Positions 1 to 12,800 of a DNA stretch of 64,000 nucleotides are shown here, piece by piece. The stretch is from Stegostoma tigrinum (taxonomy: Eukaryota). The stretch lies in contig NC_081376.1 of the NCBI RefSeq assembly GCF_030684315.1, positions 41,162,182 to 41,226,181 of the forward strand. The letters run 5' to 3'. The notes beneath the pieces were generated by a model, which searched no databases, was not told the origin of the DNA, and saw nothing but the letters and a program-made list of their open reading frames with translations. Position 1 is the first letter of the stretch; each line of letters starts with the position of its first letter. The translations under genes and the position numbers were made by a program.

Positions 1-640
1 AAAGATAAATGTACAAGTCCTGACCCGATTTAATCGTAAGACCTTGGGAAGTGTCGCTGAACAGAGAGATTTTGGAGCACAGGTTCATAGTTCCTTGCAA
101 GTGAAGTCACAGGTAGATAGGAGTGAAGAACGTATTTGATATCCTTGCCTTTATTGGCCAGTGCATTGAGTTTAGGAGTTGGGAGGTGGTGGCTGTACAG
201 GACATTGGTTCATCCACTTTCAGAATACTGTGTGTAATTCTGGTCTCCCTCCTACAGGAAGGATGTTGTGAAGCTAAAAAAGGTTTCAGAAAGTATTTAC
301 GAGAATATCACCAGGGATGGAGGGTTTGAGCTATAGGCAAAGGCTGAATAGGCTGAGTTATTTTCCGTGGACGTCAAAGGCTGAGAAGTGACCTTATACA
401 GGTTCATAAAATCATGAGGGGCATGGATAGAGTAAACAAACAAGGTCTTTTCCCCAGGATGGAGGAGTCCAAAACTAGAGGGGATAGGTTTAAGGTGAGA
501 GGAAAAAGATTTAAAAGGGACCCAGGGGTGAACTTTTTCATACAGAGGTTGGTGCATGTATGCAATCAGCTGCCAGAAGAAGTGGTAGAGGCTGGTACCA
601 TTGCAACATTTAAAAGGCATCTGGATGGGTATGTGAATAG

Positions 641-864
641 TGATAATGGGAACTGCAGATGCTGGAGAATCCAAGATAATAAAATGTGACGCTGGATGAA
701 CACAGCAGTCCCAGCAGCATCTCAGGAGCACAAAAGCTGACGTTTCGGGCCTAGACCCTTCATCAGAGCCTCTGATGAAGGGTCTAGGCCTGAAACGTCA
801 GCTTTTGTGCTCCTGAGATGCTGCTGGGCCTGCTGTGTTCATCCAGCCTCACATTTTATTATCT
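641..864. mobile_element. Penelope-like terminal-repeat fold-back insertion with two hammerhead-like motifs
   Basis: 15-bp TSD tgggtatgtgaatag at 626-640 and 865-879; inverted arms 671-767 / 771-867; same sequence as the 3' end of the PLE at 47912-49233. Confidence 0.85.
770..802 (+). ncRNA. Minimal type I hammerhead ribozyme-like motif (a mirror copy lies on the minus strand at ~736-768)
   Basis: CUGAUGA-A-GGGUCUAGGCCU-GAAA-CGUC; the minus copy has the better stem II GGGU-CUAG-GCCC. Confidence 0.65.
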
Positions 865-1029
865 TGGGTATGTGAATAGGATGGGTTTACGAGGGATTTG
901 GACCAAATGCTGGCCAATGGAACTAGATTTAATGTAGGATATCTGGTCAGCATGCATGAATCGAACCAAAGGGTTTGTTTCCGTACTGTACATCTCTATG
1001 ACTATAGAACTGTGTCACATCAGCACGGA

Positions 1030-2010
1030 AGATTAGGTCACCACAGAAAGCATGGAGTTTATTCAATAAGAATTTAAACAAGCTGTGCTGAAGGGTTCTT
1101 GCTTGACACAAGTTTACAATTTTAATAGCTTTCATCACGAGAGAAATCCAAAACTTTATCTGTTCATGTTTGTTGCTAGATTATAATGCTAACTGACAAA
1201 AGATGAGAAATCAGGACAATTTCTGCAATACATAACAAAGTCCGCATATGCAACAAGCATGGCTGGTGCGCCTTCTGTTGTGATTGAAATCAGTTTCTTG
1301 TTTGGAATGTTTTTCCCAAGCACATACCTTTGGAAGTATTTCCTCACTCTTATTCTCTTGTTAAGTGGTAAAAGGGTGAGAACGTCATCTTTAGGTGTTA
1401 TGCCCTTAAGAACTATGGGCATAAAATAATCAGTCATGTCAACGTATTCATCATACTACAGTGAGAAGTATGCACAGTTCTTCATTTACTGCTGCAGTTG
1501 ATGAAAGACATCTTTGGACAAAGATTCCACTCATCACAGAAGCACCAAGTGACATGATCTATATTGCTGTTGTTATTTCCTCTTTGTTCTTAAAAACCAT
1601 TGAATAAAGAATCAGCAACCGCAGTCATTGCTTTTTGAATTACTTCACCGTCTGCAAATGACTTTTTGCGTTCTGCCAGAAGATGTCAAATGCAAAATCA
1701 TGCTTCAGCACAAGCCTTACCTTTTGCTGCTGGTTTTGAAAAAAAATGACTGTTGAGCTTTCAAAACAGCCTTCAGCTTGTCAATTTTCTTTGTTCGAAG
1801 CATTCTGCTCAAGAAAAAACTATCCTTAGATTTACTGTGTATTGTTGCGGTGTCATTCCAAATTCCCCCTTCTACTTATCAATATAATTTAATGACATTT
1901 AAGACAAACACTCATCTTTTACAGTTGTGAATAGAAATTCAATTCCCATTCAGCACGGAAGTTCTACATTTTTAGTTTCTTCTCAGATGGTCCAGGTTCA
2001 TCATCCATCG
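1030..2010 (-). mobile_element. Degraded hAT DNA transposase (SPIN/GTF2IRD2-like)
   Basis: Minus-strand fragments MDDEPGPSEKK.., KLISITTEGAPAM (the TTDGAPAM motif) and ARTLQHSLFK, broken by stops and frameshifts. Confidence 0.75.
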
Positions 2011-3299
2011 TTATTGTTTCAACCTGCAGTTTGTGACAAAACTCTGCTGCACATAGGTCTCTGGATCCACGTTTCTAGAACATCCAGAATGTTGCTGGCC
2101 GCTTGAGTGTGAAGGCATAGGAGCTCACGTTTATGGTCATGATTTGTCTCCCCAGCTCTGTCAACAGTTCCCAAACTTCACAGATCTACTAGATAAGCAG
2201 CTGAACAAAGAAAAACTGCAGGTCTACAGAGAATAGACACAGGAGCTAAACTAATTGGGCTGTGCTTGCACTTGTCTGTTTGGACATGTTGGGCTGAACA
2301 GGCTTCTATATTTATAGCTGTGTAATATACTGGCTTCATACATCAGTTTCTAAGTTATTTCTGACTAAATTTGTTTACACCGCCACCGGAAAATTTATTT
2401 CACCCTCCAACAATTGACCATATGGACCAAACTGAAACATAATGCACCAAGCTCGCAGAGCCTGTTAAGAGAGTGTGCAGTTCCAGAAGCAGCACGTAAA
2501 CAGGTGGTGAGATCAACTATCAGACATTGAGTGATTAATGGTCCTAGAAGACAAGAGTAGCAAAAGCAGTGGAACAGCTCCAATTGAAAGTTTCCCTCCA
2601 AAGCCTTGAACCTTTCTGACTTCACCGTTTCTTCACAATCATTGGATCAAACATGAAAATACCCTTCGTAACAGTATAGTGATTATATCTAATCAAGGTG
2701 GACTGCAGCAGTTCATAAAGTGGCTCAAGAGCGCCTTTGAGGGCAATTCAGGATGGGCAATACTGGTTTTGCAACAACACTTACACTCTAGTAACAAATA
2801 AAAAACGTTTAAAAGGACGTTGATAGAACTGAATATTTTAAACTACAAGGTAAAATGAGGAGGGAGCCTGACAGGAATGTGGAACACACTCAGAAACCTT
2901 CAGCACATTTAAAGAGTACTTGGTTTGCATTTGAATTGCAATACCGGGAAGACAATGGACCAACTGCCAGAAAGTGGGATTAGGCTGGATGGTTGTCTTT
3001 TAGTCAGTGTACAGATATGACACAGATGACAGGTTAGACAGAGGATCTTGATCGGCGCAGTCTTGGAGGGCCGAAGGGCCTGTTTCTGTGCTGTGATTTT
3101 CTTTGTTCTTTGTTCTTTGACAGGCTAACACAGACCTCTTTCTCTGCTGTAAATATTTGTGATTTTAAGAAAGGAGATAATAGTACAGTTAAATCCAAGG
3201 AACAAAAAGACAACTTGAAATTCACACCATGTAATCGTGTCCTCAAGCCATTACAGCCATTTTACATTGGATTAGAGAACAATAGCATCATTAGTTATG

Positions 3300-3660
3300 T
3301 TGCAGGACGAGTAATCAAGTGACAAGAGTTCAAATTTCACCACAGCAGCAACAGAATTTAAACACAATTAAATAAATCTGGGATAAAAAATTGTGGCAGT
3401 GGAGTCACCATAGGACTGTTGTGAAAATCCCTCTCATTTAAATCAGCTGTTTAGGAGGAAAATCTGACATCCATATCTGGCATGGCTTATGTGCAACTCC
3501 AAACTTACTTGCAGTTGACTCTCAACTGCCATCCAAAATGGCCTAGCAAACCACTCAGTTGTTGACAGTGCAGTTTGCCATCATTTTCTCAAAGGTATTT
3601 AGGGATGGGCAACAAATACTAGCCTTGCCAATGATGCCCATATCCAATGAAGGAATTAAA
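3300..3660 (+). mobile_element. Deu-SINE-like (SacSINE1-type) element; related pieces at ~2690-2800, 8650-8800, 15070-15320, 47420-47720 (-) and 58255-58545 (-)
   Basis: Shared core gttgactctcaactgcc..aaatggcctagcaa.ccactcagtt and tail tagggatgggcaacaaat.ct.gccttgcca.tgatgccca. Confidence 0.6.
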
Positions 3661-5814
3661 GAACCATTTTCTAAAATCATCGACATGCAAACCATTATGC
3701 ACATAGTTAAATGTTTATTCTCATAATGTACTATATTTAATCATAAAATTGAATTCTGAAGAAGAGTCATAACAAACTCCAAACTGTTTCTCTTTCAACA
3801 GATGCAGCCAGGCTTGTTTTATTTCTCCAGCATTTTCTGTGCTTATTTCAAACTTCCAGCATCTGCAGTATCTTGCTTCAAGTGATAAATTCACTGCCAT
3901 TTATCTCCCAAGCATGCCCACCTTGAAGAAATCCTGTTCTTCTTACCAATTGGATTTCCATTTCAACATTTTGGCTCATTTGCTTTCATTGCTTTTTATC
4001 TCTCTTGCAGTGTTTGACAAAATATTTGCCAAAACTCACTTTCACAGCTACATCTCCTTCCTCAGTGATATCGCCAGCTCCACTTTACCCCACATGGAAT
4101 CCAACTGATGTTCCAACCTTCATGTTTAAAATCCGAAATTATAAGTATCTCCAAGACATATAATGCTCCTCAGACTGCAGCTTCTGCCACAACCTGAGAT
4201 CCATACTTAGTGCCATGTACTGTAGCATGCATGGCCCCTCTCTCCATCCACACTGCCTCATGATGTCTGAAAGCTGTCTTCATCTCCTGCTCCATTTCAT
4301 TCTCCAATTAATTCAACATTTTTAACAACAGACTTCTTTTTATCTTCCTTCCAAATGTTAAGGCATACAAGCTCCAAAACCTCAAGGCCTTCTGAAGAAT
4401 AGCCATATTGGACCCAAAATAACAACCGTTGCTTACTCCACAGATGCTGCCAGACCTGTTGAGTTTGTGCAACATTTTTGTGCTTATTTTTAACTATATT
4501 TATTGTTGTTGTTTGAGGAAGGCATGTTAAACTATAAAGCTTATTTGAAAGACGGCACCTCCAAAAATGCAGCACTCTGAGCAGTGATAAGTATTAAGGT
4601 AGGTTACATAATTACCAGACTGCAGCTTGAACCTTCAATCTTCCAAATCGGAGACAACAGGGCCACGTCAAATCTGATACTTGCTTGCATAAATTTTGGA
4701 ACTGGATTGGTTGCAACCTTGTCTCTAAACTTACTCAGTATTTGGGCCAAGTCTATGAATAGACTTTGGCACAATGTTTATTGTCCAAAATGCCTTCCAT
4801 CATTCCTAATAAAGTAACATTTCACCAGCAAAACCCACAACAGGCATTTCGTTTCAAAATAATTCCCTGTTAGTTTAAATACAATTCATTAAAAATTTTA
4901 AACACCTAGAAATCCACATTAAAATTTTCTGCTCACACCTCAAGTGAATTTACAACACAGCAGACCCCAACCATTATGGCTACTTGACGATGTACTCAGC
5001 AATTCAATTTGACAGCACCCCTCTCCACTGTGACTTCAACCGCCAAGAACAAAGTAACAATGTTGCAAAACACCAAGCCACAAACCCCGTGGCCAGATTT
5101 AGACATATATCACTATTTTCGTACCAGAAACTTGATGTTTCTGACCAATCGCTCATTATTCATGGAGAAGGTCCACCATCACCTTGCCAACACAACAAGG
5201 GATTGACAGTAAAGTAGCTCTGCTTCTTTGCCATGTCCTTGGCTAAATTTTAAGAAGATCTGTAACCTCTCAGCTTCAAAACAAACATTCATTTATATAT
5301 AGAAAACTGTAAGGTAACAGCAGGATCTGACAAAAAATGAACAAAGGTACTTAAAAAAATGTAATAAAATTTCCAGCATCCGCAGTATTTTGCTTTTCTT
5401 GAAGGAGATATTAGAATTGGTAACTAAAAATTTGATCAAAAATGATTAGATTTAAGGGTGTCCTTAAAAGGACATGGGGAGTATTGAACAGCATAAGGCC
5501 TCTATGGTTGAACACACAGTAACTTAGTGGGTACTGAGGTGTGGATATCTATAGGAGGAATACATGGGAGGGCATTACAGAAAGACTAGGGGTGTATCTG
5601 AACATGGGGAGATAAATTTGAAGTAAAGAGTGGTGGAAATCGACATGGGACAGTAATGGGCAAACTGGGCTTAATGCAAGTAAGCCTACTTTAGCACTCT
5701 AAACTTTCAGTCTCAAAGAGAAAAAGAATGGACATATTTATAACTCCCAACCTACTAGTGTAGATCCAGATTGAGCCTGGAAACGAGTCTTGTACAAAAC
5801 CTGGTGATTCCACA

Positions 5815-6030
5815 ACTGCTTAGTTCAACTGGCTAGACAACTGGTTTGCAAATGCTGAGTGTTGACAACAATATGGGTTCAATTCCCTGACAGCTAAGGT
5901 TATTATGAAAGACTCAACCTCTCTCTGCATGAGGCATGGTGACCCTCAGCGTAAACCACCAACTGTCATCTCTCTATAACGACAGAACAGACCTACGGTC
6001 TGGTAAGATTCTGTCGATTTTATCTTTATG
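5815..6030 (+). mobile_element. tRNA-derived SINE; relatives at 24848-25040 (+), 16965-17140 (-) and 38695-38870 (-)
   Basis: A-box-like tagttcaactgg and B-box-like ggttcaattcc, with a body (gtgaccctcag..taaaccac) shared among the copies. Confidence 0.6.
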
Positions 6031-6187
6031 TTTTGGTAAAGCTTATAAGCCTACATAGGTAATAAGTTTAAGAACTAGCCTATAAACTTTCAACATTTGC
6101 TTCTTTAACAGTCATCTATTTAACAAGGGAGAAAAGAAATACTGCTGAAAACGTTAAAAATTGAAAACGAACACACTGGTCGTACTG

Positions 6188-6352
6188 GATAACACAGCAG
6201 GCCAGGCAGCATCAGAGGAGCTGGAAAGTTGACGTTTCGGGTCGGGACCCTTCTTCTTCTTTCCTGCTCCTCTGATGCTACCTGGCCTACTGTGTTCCTC
6301 CAGCTCCGCACTGTGTTATCTCAAACTCCAGCATCGGCAGTTCTTACTATCT
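6188..6352. mobile_element. PLE-derived fold-back insertion with partial hammerhead motif on the minus strand
   Basis: Inverted arms (acacagcaggccaggcagcatcagaggagc / gctcctctgatgctacctggcctactgtgt); minus strand reads gaagaagggtcccgacccgaaacgtc; imperfect TSD ctggtcgtactg / ccggtcgtgctg. Confidence 0.7.
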
Positions 6353-7001
6353 CCGGTCGTGCTGCAGTCTCATTTTCAAGAATGCAACTCAGACCAGCTT
6401 GAGCCATTCTCAAATATTATCGGGTTTTCGTCCTGGTTTACAAAATGAAGAACGAGACGTTTATTTGGATTATACCAGGCACCTCAATAGTATGTTACTG
6501 CCTGAAGAATTGCCTGCCCTTCCATACAACCTTTATGAACGGGACCTGACAGCTGCCTAGGCCCAATATTACCAAGTGGAGTTTTCTGAGCTGGACGTGC
6601 AGGAAGGTCGAGCTGAGTGACGGCCGCGGGAGCCAATCGGCGGCTGAAGGCGAGTGTCAATCATCGCCCGGAGACCAATGGGACCTGGTATAGGCTGGTA
6701 CATCCGGTGTCAGGATGCTCACTTTCGTTGCGGTAAACAGGCCGCGGAACATCCTTCAAATGAAAACAAGGCGAGTAAAAGACCCTTTCCCCTCCAGGTG
6801 TGATGAGAGAGGAAGCAAAGTTGCCGAGTTTTTTTTTAGGGAATCGAAGCTTTCACCATCTGTAGGGTAACAACGCCTGGAGGGAGAGTAAGGGAACCAG
6901 TAGCCTTACCTTCACCACCCCACCCCCCATCCAATCTGAGAAATCGCACTGAGAAGTAACTTTAAAAGCTCCCAACCCCTGTCGGTACCGCAACCCCTTA
7001 C

Positions 7002-7056
7002 CTTGGGAGGATAGTTGCCTCACGCTGTTGACGAACTGCTCCAAGGCGGACGCCAT
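7002..7056 (-). CDS. COPS3: COP9 signalosome subunit 3, coding exon 1 (remaining exons not found in the window)
   Basis: MASALEQFVNSVRQLSSQ-G is nearly identical to the human N-terminus; 55 nt followed by a GTAAGG donor. Confidence 0.95.
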
Positions 7057-7200
7057 TTCTCAAACCGCTTCCGTTGCTCCTCATTCAAACGCCGTGACAC
7101 AGCAGCGAAGCGGCACGGCCGACCGACACCTCTCGCGAGATCTGGGCTGCAAGCCACGTGCCAGGTCTGAGGAGCCTTGGAGGGCAAAGCGTCTTAAAGC
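7057..7200 (-). promoter_or_regulatory. COPS3 CpG-rich promoter/5' UTR with a TCTCGCGAGA (BANP/CGCG) element
   Basis: Perfect palindrome TCTCGCGAGA at 7131-7140 and local CpG enrichment. Confidence 0.7.
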
Positions 7201-7304
7201 GGTGTTACCAGAGGCTGATCTGAAGAAGGGTTACTGGACTTTGACTCTGCTCTTCTTTCACCTAACCCCCTCCCCCCAGGTGCTGCTATGTTCCTCTAGT
7301 GACT

Positions 7305-7845
7305 TATATTTTTGTTACAAGAGCCTCTTGTGGTACAGCCCCCACCTCTGGGCCAAGAAAGCCTAGATTCAGGTCCCATCTGCTTCTGAATGTGTCATAA
7401 CATGTTATAGACAATTTCTAAAGTTATATTACAGTAGGCTCTTGTGGTACCCTGGGTTCAAGTCCCACCCTGCTCCAGAGTTTGTATTAATAGTTTGATT
7501 AGAAAATAAGTTGATTAAAAATATCTAAATGAAAACAGAAGTTTTCTTCCAGGTCTGGTAGCATCTGTAAAGAAAAAAAATAATATTTCAGGTCTGGTGA
7601 CCCTTCCTCAAAAATTGTTTTCAGAGCTTTTGCAGCAACTTCTGTTTTTATTCCTGATTAACAGCATCTGCATTTTTCGTTTTTGGAAAATATCTAAAGC
7701 AATGTTACAAGAGGCTCTTCAAGTGCACTGGTAGTGTCCCCACTTATGATTGAGGAGACCCTGGGTTCCAGTCCCAGCAGTTTGCTGAGTTGTGTCATGA
7801 CACATCTGGATGGATTACTTTAAAAATATGTAAAGCTGTATTGTA
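7305..7845 (+). repeat. Three degenerate tandem tRNA-like SINE heads, with a PLE fold-back (7530-7686) inserted
   Basis: Repeated g.ctcttgtggtac..ggttcaagtccca..tgtcata/tga units; 12-bp TSD aaaatatctaaa at 7518-7529 and 7687-7698. Confidence 0.6.
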
Positions 7846-8147
7846 CTTTTCAGACACACAATCACCAATTTGCTTCCATTTTGTTAACTTGCATTTTTGC
7901 TTATTTGCAAGTGTCCCCTGGGGTAGGGAATCTTCCATCTGTTACTCACAAAGTTTCACACTTGTGTGAAGTCATCGAAAGCTATAAACTAGATTCTGTA
8001 AATCTGGAGTACAAACAGAAAGCACTGTTTAGATAAACATTTGAAAGACCATAATGTACAAACCAAGAGCTGGAAAATGGGATTAGGCTGCTGACCAGTG
8101 CTGAGACAATGGACCATAGGACCTCCCACTGTGCTGTGTTTAAAAAA

Positions 8148-8350
8148 AATTATGCTGGAGAAAGTCAGCAGTCTGGCAGCATCTGTGGAGCGACAAACAG
8201 AGTTAACATTTCAAATTCAATGACCACTTCAGATCTGAAGAAAATTATTCTGAAGAAAAGTTATACCAGACACAATGTTCTCTCAGTTTCTCTCTCCACA
8301 CACACTGCCAGACCTGCTGAGTTTCTCCGGCATCTTCCGTTTTTATTTCT
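8148..8350. mobile_element. Old PLE-derived fold-back remnant; similar remnants at ~55010-55170, 57020-57180, 61283-61360 and 62945-63130
   Basis: gctggagaaagtcagcagtctggcagcatctgtggag is inverted against ctccacacacactgccagacctgctgagtttctccggc; central ctgaaga motifs. Confidence 0.6.
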
Positions 8351-9825
8351 AATGAGCAAAATAAAAGACACTTCACCTGTGTCATGGGGGTGAGGTGGGA
8401 TGGGTTTAGATTCCTTCAGAACATAACAGCAATAGGCAATGAGTAATTTTAAAGGAACTGAAGCTTACAAGTTATCTTTTGGAGTCCCAGTGCTATCATT
8501 CCTTTGCCTAGCTAAGTCACAGCTGCAGTCCCTGCTCAACTGAGACTCCTGGGGTCAGTCTCCCACAGGCTGTCCAATACATTAGGGACAAAAAGCACCC
8601 CTTAAGAGGCACAGAGACAAAATATGGGGCAGTTCCTTAAATTAATGTTCAGATGGTCTCCCTGAGATCCATAGCAATGTGGCTGACTTTTAACTGCCCT
8701 TTGAAGTGGCCCAACAAACCAATCCATTCAAGGGAATTAGGGATGGACAACAAATGCTAGCTCTGTCACTGATGCTCATACTCCATGTAAGAATACAAGA
8801 AGGTAGTTTTAGGCCTTGTTTTAAACAGTCGTGCCAATAATGCAGTCAAAGGATTTTTCTTTCACATTAGAATTATGCTAATTTAACAATTTACTACAAT
8901 ATAGAATTGGAATAAGAACATGAAAACAGGAAATACTGGAAGTGCAGGTCTTGGCAGCAACTGGGGAGTGAAAAATTGAGTCAAGAACAGTTCAGAAAGA
9001 AAAAAAATTTCATGATGCCTTTCATTAACTTACTATACTCCAAAATATTTTACAGTCAATGAAGTATCTTTGAAGATAAGTTACTGTTGTAACACAGCAA
9101 TACAAGAACAAGTCAGTGTGAATGCTGAAAATCTGAAATTAAAAACAGCAAATGCAGAAAGTATTCTGCCAGGTCTGGCTGTATTTATGTAGATAGAAAC
9201 AGAATGAATGTTGAAACTTAGCTCAGTTACTCTGAATGAATTAGAAATGATTGTCATCCAATATCTACCATTTTTTAAATCTATATTTAACACAATGTAA
9301 TGACAATGCAGAACTAATTGTAAATATGATCATCTATACCCATGATTTTCTCATCTTTTTCCCAAATTTTTGTCTCCTCACTTGTATGTGAAAATTTCTC
9401 AATGCTTGGTATTATTTCATAAGTTTAAGAAGCAGCACAGTTCCTTATTACGCAAGAGGGCAAGGTCAGTTGTAAGCAGTCAACAGTCAAATACCTATGG
9501 CAGCACTCTGCATCTAAGATACAAAAATGAAGAATGACCATTTGTTTAATGTTCTGGAAGATAATCAATGGTAAGGGAGCAATTCTCTGGAATTGATAAT
9601 GACTTTGGCAGAATTTGAACAGGCTGTTTTAGCATTCTGGTTGTGTTACTGGATGAACAATTAAGATGCCCAGATAATAGATCCAGAGAATGAGTTTAAA
9701 TTTCACACACAGCAGCTGGGGAATTTCAATTAGTTTTCTTTGTTCATTCACAGAATGAGAGTTCACTGGCTAAGCGAACATTTCTCACCCATTCCAAATT
9801 TCTTTTTGTAAGTAGTGGTGCCTTT

Positions 9826-12800
9826 TAGAACATAGAACATAGAACATTACAGCACAGTACAGGCCCTTCGGCCCTCGATGTTGTGCCGACCTGTCATACC
9901 GATCTCAAGCCCATCTAACCTACACTATTCCATGTACGTCCATATGCTTGTCCAATGACAACTTAAATGTACCTAAAGTTGGCGAATCTACTACCATTGC
10001 AGGCAAAGCGTTCCATTCCCTTACTACTCTCTAGTAAAGAAACTACCTCTGACATCTGTCCTATATCTTTCACCCCTCAATTTAAAGCTATGTCCCTTGT
10101 GCTCGCCGTTAACATCCGAGGAAAAAGGCTCTCCCTATCCACCCTATCTAACTCTCTGATTATCTTATATGTTTCAATTAAGTCACCTCTCAACCTTCTT
10201 CTCTCTAATGAAAACAGCCTCAAGTCCCTCAGCCTTTCCTCGTAAGACCTTCCCTCCATACCAGGCGACATACTAGTAAATCTCCTCTGCACCCTTTCCA
10301 ATGCTTCTACATCCTTCTTATAATGCGGTGACCAGAACTGTACACAATACTCCAAGAGCGGCCACATCAGAGTTTTGTACGGCTTCACCATAACCTCTTG
10401 GTTCCGGAACTCGATCCCTCTATGAATAAAAGCTAAAACACTGTATGCCTTCTTAACAGCCCTGTCAACCTGGGTAGCAACTTTCAAGGATCTGTGTACA
10501 TGGGCACTGAGATCTCTCTGCTCACTTACACTGCTAAGAATCTTACCATTAGCCCTGTACTTTGCCTTCCGGTTACTCCTACCAAAGTGCATTACCTCAC
10601 ACTTGTCTGCATTAAACTCCATTTGCCACCTCTCAGCCCAGCTCTGCAGCTTATCTATGTCTATCTGCAACCTACAGCATCCTTCGTCACTATCCACAAC
10701 TCCACTGACCTTCGTGTCGTCTGCAAATTTACTAACCCATCCATCTACGCCCTCACCCAGGTTCATTTATTAAAATGACAAACAGCAGTGGACCCAACAC
10801 TGACCCTTGCGGTACACCACTAGTAACTGTCTCCAGGATGAACAGTTCCCATCAACTACCACCCTCTGTTTTCTGTCAGCAAGCCAGTTTCCGATCCAAA
10901 CCGCTATATCTCCCACAATTCCATTCCTCCGCATTTTGTACAATAGCCTATTGTGGAGAACCTTATCGAACTCCTTGCTGAAATCCGTATACACCACATC
11001 AACCGGTTTACTCTCATCTACCTGTTTGGTCACCTTCTCAAAGAACTCAATAAGGTTTGTGAGGCACGACCTTCCCTTCACAAAACTGTGCTGGCTATCC
11101 CTAATCAATTTATTCTTTTCTAGATGATTATAAATCCTATCACTTATAACCTTTTCCAACACTTTACCAACAAGTGAGGTAAGGCACACTAGTCTATAAT
11201 TACCAGGGTTGTCTCTACTCCTCTTCTTGAACAGGGGAACCACATTTGCTATCCTCCAGTCATCTGGCACTATTCCTGTAGACAATGACGAGTTAAAGAT
11301 CAATGCAAAAGGCTCGGCAATCTCCTCCCTGGCTTCCCAGAGGATCCGAGGATAAATCCCATCCGGCCCAGGGGACTTATCTATCTTCACCATCTGAAGG
11401 CTTTCTAGTACCTCTTCCTAGTGAACCTCAATCCCACCTAGTCTAGTAGCCTGTATCTCAGTATTCTCCTCGACAACATTGTCGTTTTCTAGAGTGAATA
11501 CTGTTGAAAAATATTCATTTAGCGCCTCCCCTGTCTCATCTGACTCCACACACAACTTACCACTACTATCCTTGATTGGGCCTAATCTTACTTTTGTCAT
11601 TTGTTTATTCCTTAAATGCCTATAGGAAGCCTTAGGGTTTACCCTAATCCTATCCACCAACAACTTCTCAAGTCTCCTCCTGGCTCGTCTGAGCTCTCTC
11701 TTTAGGTCTTTCCTGGCTACCTCATAGCCCTCAAGTGCCCTAACTGAGCCTTCACATCTCATCCTAACATAAGCCTTCTTCTTCGTCTTGACTAGAGATT
11801 CCACCTCCTTCATAAACCACGGCTCCCGCACTCTACAGCTTCCTCCCTGCCTGACAGGTACATACTTACCTAGGACACACACGAAGTTTGCCTTGAATAA
11901 GCTCCACATTTCTACTGTGCCCATCCCCTGCAGTTTCCTTCCCCATCCTATGCTCCCTAAATCTTGCCTAATCGCATCGTAATTGCCTTTCCCCCAGCTA
12001 TAACTCTTGCCCAGTGGTATACACTTATCCCTTTCCATCACTAAAGTAAACATAACAGAATTGTGATCGCTATCACCAAAGTGCTCACCTACTTCCAAAT
12101 CTAACACCTGGCCAGGCTCATTACCCAGTACCAAACCTAATATTGCTTCGCCCCTTGTTGGCCTATCTACATACTGCGTCAGGAAGCCCTCCTGCACACA
12201 CTGGACAAAAACTGACCCATCTATAGTACTCAAACTATAGTGTTCCCAGTCAATATTTGGAAAGTTGAAGTCCCCCATGACAACTACCCTGTCTCTCTCA
12301 CTCCTATCGAGAATCATCTTTGCTATCCTTTCCTCTACATCTCTGGCACTATTGGGAGGCCTATAGAAAACTCCCAAAAGGGTGACCTCTCCTTTCCTGT
12401 TTCTAATCTCAGCCCATACTACCTCGGTTGACGAGTCCCCAAACATCCTTTCTGCAACTGTCCTTGACCAACAGTGCCACACCTCCGCCCCTTTTACCAT
12501 CTTCTCTGTTCTTACTGAAACATCTAAATCCCGGAACCTGCAACAACCATTCCTGTCCCTGCTCTATCCATGTCTCCGAAATGGCCACAACATCGAAGTC
12601 CCAGGTACTAACCCATGCTGCAAGTTCACCCACCTTATTCTGGACGCTCCTGGCATTGAAGTAGACACATTTCAAACCAACTTCTTGCTTGCCGGTGCCA
12701 TCTTGCTTCCCTGGAACTTTATTCTGGACCACCCTACTCTCAACCTTTTCTATAGTCGAACTACAATTTTGGTGCCCATCCCCCTGCTGAATTAGTTTAA

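Larger units (their letters stand above)
1..1005 (+). mobile_element. CR1 LINE 3' fragment (RT C-terminus and 3' UTR), interrupted by a PLE hairpin at 641-864
   Basis: ORFs 123-329 and 414-689 give CR1 ORF2 C-terminal motifs (LAFIGQCIEFRS, LFPRMEESKTRG, QLPEEVVEAGTIATFKRHLDGY); ends in a tctatgactata tail. Confidence 0.85.

Noticed and set aside
6798-6870. GTGATGA C-box-like motif (possible snoRNA)
   Set aside because: No matching D box with a terminal stem, and it is antisense to the host intron
1-7001. COPS3 exon 2
   Set aside because: No QMTQLCELINKSGELL-like frame seen; presumably outside the window
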